A DNA stretch of 64,000 nt from Candidatus Sericytochromatia bacterium (GTDB lineage Bacteria; Cyanobacteriota; Sericytochromatia; UBA7694). Below the pieces are notes generated by a model. It did no database searches. It had not been told where the DNA came from and worked only from the letters and a program-made list of their open reading frames with translations. Made by a program: the position numbers and the translations under genes. Numbering within the stretch: the stretch's first letter is position 1; each line of letters starts with the position of its first letter. The stretch covers positions 82,753 through 146,752 of the forward strand of contig JADMKE010000003.1 of NCBI GenBank assembly GCA_018780035.1, read 5' to 3'. This document shows positions 48,201-55,505 of the stretch, one piece after another.

Positions 48201-48823
48201 ACATCGGCTTTGGGGGCCTCGATCATGTGCTGGCCAGTGGGGCCAATGTGAATATTTTGGTGCTTGACACCGAAGTCTATTCCAATACGGGCGGGCAAAT
48301 GTCCAAATCGACACCCAAAGGAGCTGTGGCCAAATTTGCCACTGGAGGCAAACCCCTGGGCAAAAAAGACCTGGGCATGATGGCTTTGACTTATGGTCAT
48401 GTCTATGTGGCCAAAGTCGCCATGGGGGCCAAAGACGAACAGACTCTGCGGGCCTTCTTGGAGGCCGAAGCCTGGCCTGGTCCTTCGATTATCATTGCCT
48501 ACAGCCATTGTATTGCCCACGGCATTCCCATGAATACCGGTATGCAAGAACACAAAGCGGCGGTAGACAGCGGTGCCTGGCCGCTCTATCGCTATCACCC
48601 TGCACGGACAGAAAAGGGCGAATCGCCCCTGCAACTCGACAGCAAGGGCCCCAAAATGCCGCTCAAAAATTATTACGACCGGCAAAATCGCTTCCGGTTG
48701 CTGGGCAGCACGCGGCCGCAACAGGCCCAATTCTTGTTGGAACAGGCCCAGCAAGAAATTCATTCTCGCTGGAAACTCTACCAGCAGATGGCAGAAACGA
48801 CCCCGAACCAAGGAGAAAATTAA
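45233..48823 (+). CDS. nifJ: Pyruvate:ferredoxin (flavodoxin) oxidoreductase, single-polypeptide type
   Basis: 1196 aa. PFOR domain order; two 4Fe-4S ferredoxin motifs (CIQCNKCALVCP, CTGCGLCVDVCP); TPP-binding GDG region (WIVGGDGWAYDIGFGGLDH). Confidence 0.9.
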   Translation: MQQDVDTAQTMDGNEAVADVAYRLNEVIALYPITPSSSMGEWSDSWASAARPNLWGTVPRLVEMQSEGGAAGALHGALQGGTLATSFTASQGLLLMVPNLYKIAGELTPLVLHVASRALAAQGLSIFGDHSDVMACRGTGCALLASNTVQEAHDFALLAQAASLQSRIPFIHFFDGFRTSHEISKIQVLSDTILKKLIDPLWIQAHRKRALSPEHPFIRGTAQNPDVYFQSRETVNPFYAALPTLLQAQMDQFASLTGRQYKLYEYQGHPEAERVIVVMGSGAETVLRAVQQCNARGEKVGVLKVRLYRPFGASTFVSALPASVKRVAVLDRCKEPGSGGEPLFLDVVSALQQAHMQGDFAEFPKIIGGRFGLSSKEFTPAMAEGIFAHLNSSQLKHGFTIGIEDDVSFTHLAYDPLLFHEPEGANCGIFYGLGSDGTVGANKNTIKIIGEETAQHAQGYFVYDSKKAGAITISHLRFGPERFEAPYLIQQAHFIACHQPMFLERPDLLDALLPGGVFLLNSPLDKETVWDQLPHPVQARLIEQKARFYVIDAGRVASLCGMRGRINTIMQTCFFAISEVLPREQALDAIRGAIRKSYAAKGEAVIKRNLEAVDQTLSHLYQIPLPESCNSTRERHLSVPANAPAFVQNVLGAMLAGRGDLLPVSALPVDGTYPSGTSQWEKRNLAAEIPIWDPAVCIQCNKCALVCPHAAIRAKVYEPALLSTAPAGFRSVSASERSWDGLNYTLQVAPEDCTGCGLCVDVCPARNKSEARLKAINMAPQPAHKAVEIENWDYFLSLPELKRSMIKQTSVRQQQVMLPLFEFSGACSGCGETPYLKLLSQLFGDRLLVANATGCSSIYGGNLPTTPWSQNSEGRGPAWSNSLFEDNAEFGLGLRLALDKQQEMALELLLKLEPALDWNLVQALIGADQSEESEIYAQRERVQLLKKALAELSHGLEASQAQQIQQLLELADALVRKSLWIVGGDGWAYDIGFGGLDHVLASGANVNILVLDTEVYSNTGGQMSKSTPKGAVAKFATGGKPLGKKDLGMMALTYGHVYVAKVAMGAKDEQTLRAFLEAEAWPGPSIIIAYSHCIAHGIPMNTGMQEHKAAVDSGAWPLYRYHPARTEKGESPLQLDSKGPKMPLKNYYDRQNRFRLLGSTRPQQAQFLLEQAQQEIHSRWKLYQQMAETTPNQGEN

Positions 48824-48826
48824 ACA

Positions 48827-49840
48827 ATGGATCTGTCTACCCATTATCTGGGCATGGAATTGCGCACACCTTTGGTGGCCTCTGCCTCTCCCCTTTCCGA
48901 AAACCTCGACAATATCCGCGCTTTGGAAGAAGCGGGCATTTCTGCTGTGGTCATGCACTCTCTGTTTGAAGAACAATTGGTGCAAAGCCACGATGAATTG
49001 GAGTATTACCACAGCTTTGCCAGCGATAGCTTTGCCGAAGCCCAGAGTTTTTTTCCGGGTTCGCCCCAATTTCACGTGGGCCCCGAACGCTATCTCGAAC
49101 ATATCGCCGCCGCTCGGCAATCCCTCAAAATCCCAATCATTGCCAGCCTCAATGGCTATAGCCGGGGCGGCTGGATTCGCTATGCCAAAGATCTGGAAGC
49201 GGCAGGGGCCAATGCACTTGAACTCAATCTCTATCAAATCCCGACCGATCCCATGCTTTCCGCAGCGGTGATCGAGCAAAACTATCTCGACATTGTGCAT
49301 GAGATCAAATGCAGTCTCACCATTCCTGTGGCGGTAAAACTGAGCCCGTTTTTTACCAATTTTGGCCATTTTGCTCAGCAGCTTTCGGCACTGGGTGCGG
49401 ATGGCTTGGTGCTGTTTAACCGTTTTTACCAGCCGGATATCAATATCGAGACCTTGGAAGTCGAGCCCCATTTGCTCTTGAGTTCGCCCCAGGAATTGCG
49501 CCTGCCGCTGACTTGGATTGGCCTGCTCTTTGGCCGGATTGAAGCCGATCTGGCAGCCAGCACAGGGGTGCATCAAGCCAAAGACGTACTCAAATTGCTG
49601 ATGGCGGGCGCCAAAATTACCCAAATGGCTTCGGTCTTGCTGCGCAGGGGCATCGGCTATGTGCGCACCCTGGAATTGGAGTTGATCAATTGGCTGGAAG
49701 AACATGAATATGATTCCATACGCCAATTGCAGGGCAGTGTCAGCCAAATGTACTGCCCCGACCCCTCTGCCTTTGAACGGGTGCAATATGTCAAAATGTT
49801 GCAGGGGGGTTATACAGGGCATTCGTCTCTGACACTATAG
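48827..49840 (+). CDS. Dihydroorotate dehydrogenase-like (DHOD/DHPD family) flavoprotein
   Basis: 337 aa. TIM barrel; N-terminal LGMELRTPLVASASPLSENLDNIRALEEAGISAVVMHSLFEEQ. Starts 3 nt after the PFOR stop. Confidence 0.65.
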   Translation: MDLSTHYLGMELRTPLVASASPLSENLDNIRALEEAGISAVVMHSLFEEQLVQSHDELEYYHSFASDSFAEAQSFFPGSPQFHVGPERYLEHIAAARQSLKIPIIASLNGYSRGGWIRYAKDLEAAGANALELNLYQIPTDPMLSAAVIEQNYLDIVHEIKCSLTIPVAVKLSPFFTNFGHFAQQLSALGADGLVLFNRFYQPDINIETLEVEPHLLLSSPQELRLPLTWIGLLFGRIEADLAASTGVHQAKDVLKLLMAGAKITQMASVLLRRGIGYVRTLELELINWLEEHEYDSIRQLQGSVSQMYCPDPSAFERVQYVKMLQGGYTGHSSLTL

Positions 49841-49927
49841 CGGCCACTTAAAACCACTGGTTTTCTGAGGCTTTTTGAGGTAAAATATAGATGTATACTT
49901 CTGTATTTATTTTGAAGGAGACCCCGT

Positions 49928-51589
49928 TTGCCTCATCCCTCCCCTGTTTTGGGCACCATCATTGAAGGTTCACTTTCGGGCGGCTTAAAAATGCGGCTGG
50001 CAGCTGATCAAAACGTGGAAGATATTCGCGTGGGTCAATTTGTCGTGGTCGAAGGCCAACTCAAACGCTTTTTCTGCCTGATTACCGATGTCGCCCTGAG
50101 CACCTCCAACCCCCAGATTTTGCTCAATCCCCCTGCCCAGGGCGATTTTTTGGCTCAGATTTTGCAGGGCACAGGCACCTTGGGCACGGTTTCTCTCCAG
50201 CCGATGTTGATGCTCGAAAAAAATGCCTCCCTTGCGGATGCCAACGCCGATCCCGAAGAGGAATTGCGGCCCGTCAAAACCATTCCCTCCCATTTTGCCC
50301 CCGTGAAGGTTGCCTCAGAGCAAGATTTTGCCACCGTCTTTGGCCAAGAAGACGATCCCCACAAGGCCCGTTTTTTTATTGGCATGCCCCTGGATATGGA
50401 CGTGCCACTCTGTCTCGATCTCGACCGTTTGGTCGAGCGCAGCAACGCGATTTTTGGCAAATCTGGCACAGGCAAGTCTTTTTTGACCCGGCTTGTGCTC
50501 TCAGGGATTATCAAAAAACAGGTGGCCGTCAATCTGATCTTTGATATGCACAACGAATATGGTTGGCAGGCCCTGAGCGAAAACAAAGGCGAAAAAGTGG
50601 TCAAAGGCCTCAAACAGCTCTTTGGCCGGGATGTGGTGGTCTTTACCCTCGATCTCAAATCCTCGCGCCAGCGCGGAATCAAAGACGCCCAAGAACTCAG
50701 CATTCCCCTGCGCCAGATCCAGATCGAAGACCTGGCCCTGATCAAACACGAACTCAATCTCTCCGAGGCCAGCATTGAATCGGCGATGATTCTCGAAGAG
50801 GCCCTGGGCCGCAATTGGCTCAAACAATTTTTGCAGATGTCGGCCAACGAGATCGAGGACTTTGTCAGCAGCGCCAAGGGCCACAGCGGTGCGCTCAAGG
50901 CCCTGCAGCGCAAATTGATCAAGGTCACGAACCTGAGTTATATCAAAGATGAGGGCAGCGGCGACGCGATTCAGATGATTCTGAAATACCTCGAAAGTGG
51001 CAAACATGTCGTGCTCGAATTTGGCGGCCACAACAGCCTGCTCAGTTATATGCTGGCCACCAATATTATCACCCGCCGGATTCACCAGAGTTATGTCGAA
51101 AAATCCGACATCTACAATGCCGACCCGCTCAACAACGTCAAACCCCGCCAATTGGTGATCACCATCGAAGAGGCGCATAAATTTTTGTCCCCGGCCATTG
51201 CCCGGCAGACGATCTTTGGCACCATCGCCCGTGAGATGCGCAAATATTCCGTCACCCTGTTGATTGTCGATCAGCGCCCGTCGAGTATCGACAGCGAAAT
51301 TCTCAGCCAGGTCGGCACGCGTATCACGGCCCTGCTCAACGACGACAAAGACATTGACGCGGTTTTTACGGGCGTGAGTGGCAGCCAGAGTTTGCGCACC
51401 GTGCTCTCGCAGCTCGATCCCAAACAGCAGGCCCTGATCTTGGGCTATGCCGTGCCCATGCCGGTGGTGATCCGCACCCGCCCCTACAATACCGACTTTT
51501 ACAAAGCCGTGGGCGACAAAAGTGCAGAAAAGCCCGAAGAACTCGAAGTTCGCGCCCAGAGCAATATTGTTCGGCTGTTTCCCGGCTAA
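49928..51589 (+). CDS. HerA-family (DUF87) P-loop ATPase with N-terminal HAS-barrel-like domain
   Basis: 553 aa. N-terminal GTIIEGSL ... VGQFVVVEG barrel-like segment, Walker A GKSGTGKSF, Walker B LVITIEEAHKFL, and LLIVDQRPS. Confidence 0.65.
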   Translation: MPHPSPVLGTIIEGSLSGGLKMRLAADQNVEDIRVGQFVVVEGQLKRFFCLITDVALSTSNPQILLNPPAQGDFLAQILQGTGTLGTVSLQPMLMLEKNASLADANADPEEELRPVKTIPSHFAPVKVASEQDFATVFGQEDDPHKARFFIGMPLDMDVPLCLDLDRLVERSNAIFGKSGTGKSFLTRLVLSGIIKKQVAVNLIFDMHNEYGWQALSENKGEKVVKGLKQLFGRDVVVFTLDLKSSRQRGIKDAQELSIPLRQIQIEDLALIKHELNLSEASIESAMILEEALGRNWLKQFLQMSANEIEDFVSSAKGHSGALKALQRKLIKVTNLSYIKDEGSGDAIQMILKYLESGKHVVLEFGGHNSLLSYMLATNIITRRIHQSYVEKSDIYNADPLNNVKPRQLVITIEEAHKFLSPAIARQTIFGTIAREMRKYSVTLLIVDQRPSSIDSEILSQVGTRITALLNDDKDIDAVFTGVSGSQSLRTVLSQLDPKQQALILGYAVPMPVVIRTRPYNTDFYKAVGDKSAEKPEELEVRAQSNIVRLFPG

Positions 51590-51646
51590 GCGGAATGTGT
51601 AATAATATCTTTACGATTCGCTGAAAGCTAAGTGTTGAGGTAGTGC

Positions 51647-52867
51647 ATGGATATAGATATCGAGAATCTGAACCACGAAGAAGCCCTGAAATTTGTTGAA
51701 CGCTTTCAGGTATTATTGGAAATCAACAACAGCATTAACTCCTCAATGGAGTTGGATGTCCTGCTTCGCACCATTATTGACGTGGCCAAAATCGTGATGA
51801 ATGCCGAAGCCTCTTCGCTGGCGCTCTTGGACAAAAGCACCCAAGAACTGGTTTTTCACTTTGCCCAGGGCGAAGCGGGCAAAGTGGTTGAGAGTATGCG
51901 CATTCCCGTGGGAACAGGCATTGCTGGCCATGTAGCTGAAACGGGCCAGCCTTTGATTGTACCCGATGTGACTCAAGACGAGCGCTTTTACAAAGGCGTG
52001 GACGAAGAAAGCAAATTCCAAACCCGCTCGATTATCTGTGTGCCCATGTCCCGTTCGGGGGATCAGGTGATGGGTATTTTGCAGGTGCTCAATAAAATCG
52101 AAGGCACCTTCGACGAAACCGACCTGATTCTCTTTTCGTCTTTGGCCAATATTGCCGCGATCGCAATTGAGAACTCTCAGCTCTATACCTTGCTGCAACA
52201 AACCCTCGACAAGCTCAAAGAAGACAATACCCGCCTGAATATGATTCTCGGCAAGCTCGAACAATCCGAGGCCGAGGTCCGCGAAATGAAAACCCTGATG
52301 CAAGGAGACGACACAGGCGCCGTGCGCGGCAGCCTCTCGGTGATTATCCCACCCAATATTCTGCAAATGCTCGGCAACGACGCCAAAACAGGTTCAGTCA
52401 CAATCAACAGCAAACCCCAATCGGGCAAAATTTATCTGCAGCGGGGCGAGGTGCATTATGCCGAAACATCTGGCTCCCCGCCCTTTTTAACCGGCCCCAT
52501 GGCCGCTTATGAGATGATGGGCTGGACCGAAGGCACCTTTTCGTTTAACGAAAACGAAGAGCCCCCCGGCCGCACCATCCAGGTCTCCGTCATGCATCTG
52601 ATTATCGAAGGCATGCGCCGCAGCGACGAAACCAAAGTCATGTTGGAGATGTTCCCCGATGATTCGGTGGTGATTAAATTGGCAGAGGCCCCCCCCGAGA
52701 ATATCGATCCCCACGCAGAAGCCTGTTTCTGGGGCCTGACCACCGGCCAGACCTTGGGCGATGTGCGCCGCCGTGTGCCTGTGGACAGCCACACCTTCTA
52801 CAGTGCAGTCAAAGACTTCAGCGAAAACCGATTGATTCAAATCGCGCAGGTGGTTGAAGAAGCCTAA
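51647..52867 (+). CDS. GAF domain protein with C-terminal DUF4388-like domain
   Basis: 406 aa. GAF region LLRTIIDVAKIVMNAEASSLALLD ... IAGHVAETGQPLIVPDV ... ICVPM. C-terminal GSVTINSKPQSGKIYLQRGEVHYAE ... MMGWTEGTFSF. Confidence 0.6.
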   Translation: MDIDIENLNHEEALKFVERFQVLLEINNSINSSMELDVLLRTIIDVAKIVMNAEASSLALLDKSTQELVFHFAQGEAGKVVESMRIPVGTGIAGHVAETGQPLIVPDVTQDERFYKGVDEESKFQTRSIICVPMSRSGDQVMGILQVLNKIEGTFDETDLILFSSLANIAAIAIENSQLYTLLQQTLDKLKEDNTRLNMILGKLEQSEAEVREMKTLMQGDDTGAVRGSLSVIIPPNILQMLGNDAKTGSVTINSKPQSGKIYLQRGEVHYAETSGSPPFLTGPMAAYEMMGWTEGTFSFNENEEPPGRTIQVSVMHLIIEGMRRSDETKVMLEMFPDDSVVIKLAEAPPENIDPHAEACFWGLTTGQTLGDVRRRVPVDSHTFYSAVKDFSENRLIQIAQVVEEA

Positions 52868-52916
52868 TTGCGAACTTAAGTCTATTGATTGTAACGCAAA
52901 GTGAGGATTCCTTAAA

Positions 52917-53309
52917 ATGTATCAAATTGAACGTAAAGACTATGGCTATTATTTGACCTTTGGCGATCTGATCAAGGCCGATGAGATGAATCGATGGGTG
53001 TCTGAATCCAAACAGGAAATGCTGAGTGCCCCCTCCCAATTTGGGGTGTTTGTAGATATGCGTACTTTGGCACCCTTGCCTGAAGATGCTCAAGTGGCGA
53101 TGCAAGAAGGCCAAAAACTCTACAAATCCAAAGGTATGACGCGCTCCGTGGTGATTGTCAACAGCAAGATTACCAAAATGCAATTTATGCGCATAGCCAA
53201 AGAAACCGGGATTTATGAGTGGGAACGGTATATTGATGCCACCGCTGTCCCAAATTGGGAAGACGTGGGCGTGGCGTGGCTGACCGAGGCAACAGATCCT
53301 GACCTCTGA
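52917..53309 (+). CDS. Small hypothetical protein
   Basis: 130 aa. Good spacing after the upstream gene. No recognisable family (possibly STAS-like). Confidence 0.4.
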   Translation: MYQIERKDYGYYLTFGDLIKADEMNRWVSESKQEMLSAPSQFGVFVDMRTLAPLPEDAQVAMQEGQKLYKSKGMTRSVVIVNSKITKMQFMRIAKETGIYEWERYIDATAVPNWEDVGVAWLTEATDPDL

Positions 53310-53356
53310 TTGCCAGACTTTCGCTAAAAAAGGCTTTTTTCCACTTAGGGGAACAA

Positions 53357-55351
53357 GTGCCACTCTCGCTCCGTCTTGCAAAGGATCACTTTGCCAGAGG
53401 GGATGCTTTGATGGGAATGCAGCAATCGCAAACCGCTCAAATCGGGTTCTGCTGTCTGGTTTTTTGCCTCTTGGGCTGTGAACCCCGGTCGCAATCCCCG
53501 CTCTCGCTCTCTTCCCCCTCGCCGCTCATTCCCACACCTGATTCAATGTCTTCCTCGCCACATGCCCGCCTCAATCTCAGCCTGGAACCCATTGCCGCAG
53601 CCTTTTATGAGCTGCGCTGGAATACCCAACCCGAGGCCTACAACTACCGCCTCTGGCTCGATGACAAGCCTTTTAAAGACAATTTGGTCTTGCCGCGCGA
53701 GGTCTTGGATTTAACCGGGTATGCCCTGGGCAGCCACACCCTCAAACTGGAGAGTATCAACGCCAGTAAACAAGTGACTGCGGTGGGAGAACTCGCTTTT
53801 GAGATCCAGGCTTCGATGCCAAGCCCAACCGCGTACCCCACCCCCAGCTCTCATCCCAACGCCTATCGGCCGGTATTGTTGCCCACCCCGACGCCCCGGC
53901 CACAGGTCAGCCCCACCCCTGTGGTGGTGGTTTTGCCGAGTCCTTATCAAACGCCTGCTTGTGATCTCGCTTATTATTGTGACTTCGAAAGAACCACCTT
54001 CAATGGCAAGGTTTTTGATGATAACTACTTACCTTTGAAGGGGGTAACTGTTATAGCCAAGTCTCTCAGCAGCAATGTGCCCTTTAATGCTGAAACAGTA
54101 ACGACTGACGGGACTTATACTTTCAACAGAGCACCTTCTGGCGTTCAGGTTGAAATCACCGCATCCAAAGCGGGCTTTGCTACCCGCAAACGCGTCGAGG
54201 TGCTCAGGTCCAACAAACAGGGAGATCCCAATGCCAACCGCTTTGACTTTGGCACCGATGGGGGCGCAGCGACCTTCTCTGCCGTTTACAACGCGCTGAG
54301 CGACAAACCCGAAGTGGTGATGGTCACTCCGGCCCGCAATGGCTCCGGTGTAGCGTTCAACACCAGCTTCGTGCTGAAATTCTCTGAACCCATGGTTAAA
54401 CAAACCGTGGAAAACAGTTTGATGATCTCCGCATTTAACAGGCGAAAAATCACAGTGGATGCCGACAATCGGCGTGTGGCAGGGGGGACCGATACGGTGA
54501 TTGGCAACGGAACGATTTTCACTAATTTCTTGCCGGGCAATAGCACACCAATTTGGGATGCAACGGCCTTTGAGAGCAGTTGGAACAGCGATGCCACCGA
54601 AATCACCCTGCGCTTCAAAGAGGGCAAAAACCTACCCAGCGACAGAGACAGCAATTTGGTGCCCGATTACAACGTGTCCTTTCATGGTTTGGATATCAAC
54701 AAACGTTTTATTCAAGACGCCAGTGGGGTGATCCGCAACGATAAATTTTTTAAACTGACCGACGGGGATTTTGAAGAGTCTTACAAATTCTCGATCAAAA
54801 GCGACGAAGTCAAACCCACGCTGACGCAGATGACTCCCGATCCCCAGTCGCCACACGGGGGCGGGTTTATTCTGCACTACAGCGAGCCCATGATACTCGA
54901 AACCCTGGGCGTGAACATTGCGGGCGGTATGAGCGACACCCCCACAGCTTTTATACATGCCCCCGCTGGATATCCAGGGGCTGTGTATAGCACAGCTGCC
55001 AAAGCGGCTGAAAACTACCATTTGCTCGTCAAAGACGCGCTGGGGCAAACCCGGTTTGAAGGCAGTTGGGCCCAACTCGGTGGGCGGGTGGAGTATCTCA
55101 GCCGCGATGCCAGCCGCAAAAGTGTCAGGCTGACATTGCCCCCTTTTGCCGGAACAGCAACAGATCCCGACGTTCAAACCCGTTTGACTCAGCTTCTAAG
55201 CCGTGGCCACACATTGAGCGAAGGGGTGGTGCCGAGCTTGTTTGAAATTGGAGAGCGTCTCACCTTTCGGGTCGAAGCAGGGGTGATGGACCCCGCAGGC
55301 AATACTGTGGATAGTGCCCGCAATAACGTGGGCCTGACCTTAAATGGGTGA
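53357..55351 (+). CDS. Paralog A (1 of 5): lipoprotein with FN3-like + CarboxypepD_reg-like + Big_5 (SbsA) Ig-like domains and an uncharacterised conserved C-terminal domain
   Basis: 664 aa from the ORF track. The more likely start is ATG 53411 (MGMQQSQ...), which has an AGAGGGGA RBS. Lipobox LLGC. Motifs YNYRLWLDDKPF, TFNGKVFDDNYLPLKGVTVIAKS, LSDKPEVVMVTPARNGSGV ... LKFSEPM, HFKLTDGDFEESYKF. Confidence 0.7.
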   Translation: MPLSLRLAKDHFARGDALMGMQQSQTAQIGFCCLVFCLLGCEPRSQSPLSLSSPSPLIPTPDSMSSSPHARLNLSLEPIAAAFYELRWNTQPEAYNYRLWLDDKPFKDNLVLPREVLDLTGYALGSHTLKLESINASKQVTAVGELAFEIQASMPSPTAYPTPSSHPNAYRPVLLPTPTPRPQVSPTPVVVVLPSPYQTPACDLAYYCDFERTTFNGKVFDDNYLPLKGVTVIAKSLSSNVPFNAETVTTDGTYTFNRAPSGVQVEITASKAGFATRKRVEVLRSNKQGDPNANRFDFGTDGGAATFSAVYNALSDKPEVVMVTPARNGSGVAFNTSFVLKFSEPMVKQTVENSLMISAFNRRKITVDADNRRVAGGTDTVIGNGTIFTNFLPGNSTPIWDATAFESSWNSDATEITLRFKEGKNLPSDRDSNLVPDYNVSFHGLDINKRFIQDASGVIRNDKFFKLTDGDFEESYKFSIKSDEVKPTLTQMTPDPQSPHGGGFILHYSEPMILETLGVNIAGGMSDTPTAFIHAPAGYPGAVYSTAAKAAENYHLLVKDALGQTRFEGSWAQLGGRVEYLSRDASRKSVRLTLPPFAGTATDPDVQTRLTQLLSRGHTLSEGVVPSLFEIGERLTFRVEAGVMDPAGNTVDSARNNVGLTLNG

Positions 55352-55505
55352 TCGTGCATTAAAAGACATCTTTTACAGCCATTTTCACAGACAGGGCTCA
55401 GCTCTGTCGCTTGGGGGTATTTTGCTTTTGGTGCTGGGGGGAGTCAGCGCCTGCAATTCAACTCCTTTGAGCCCCGCAGCCAGTCCCAGTCCGATGCAAA
55501 CACTC
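54521..55505 (+). repeat. Direct repeat copy 1 (~1 kb; near-identical to 58573-59575)
   Basis: A long tract identical to copy 2 apart from a few substitutions and one 9-bp indel. It spans the 3' half of paralog A and the 5' end of paralog B. Confidence 0.85.

Noticed and set aside
48089-49822. 577-aa ORF on the minus strand
   Set aside because: It lies entirely antisense to the PFOR and DHOD-like genes, which have unmistakable conserved motifs. It is a typical long spurious antisense frame in GC-rich coding DNA.
49846-49875. Possible terminator hairpin after the DHOD-like gene (AAACC-ACT-GGTTT followed by a T-rich stretch)
   Set aside because: The stem is only 5 bp, too weak to call confidently. 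The HerA-like gene may simply be co-transcribed or have its own promoter here.
50155-51178. Two overlapping minus-strand ORFs (257 and 225 aa)
   Set aside because: Antisense to the HerA-like ATPase gene, which carries Walker A and B motifs in the sense frame. No motifs or RBS support the antisense frames.
54632-55177. 181-aa minus-strand ORF that recurs identically at 58684-59229
   Set aside because: The identity is a by-product of the 1-kb direct repeat. Both copies are antisense to the conserved C-terminal domain of the lipoprotein paralogs.
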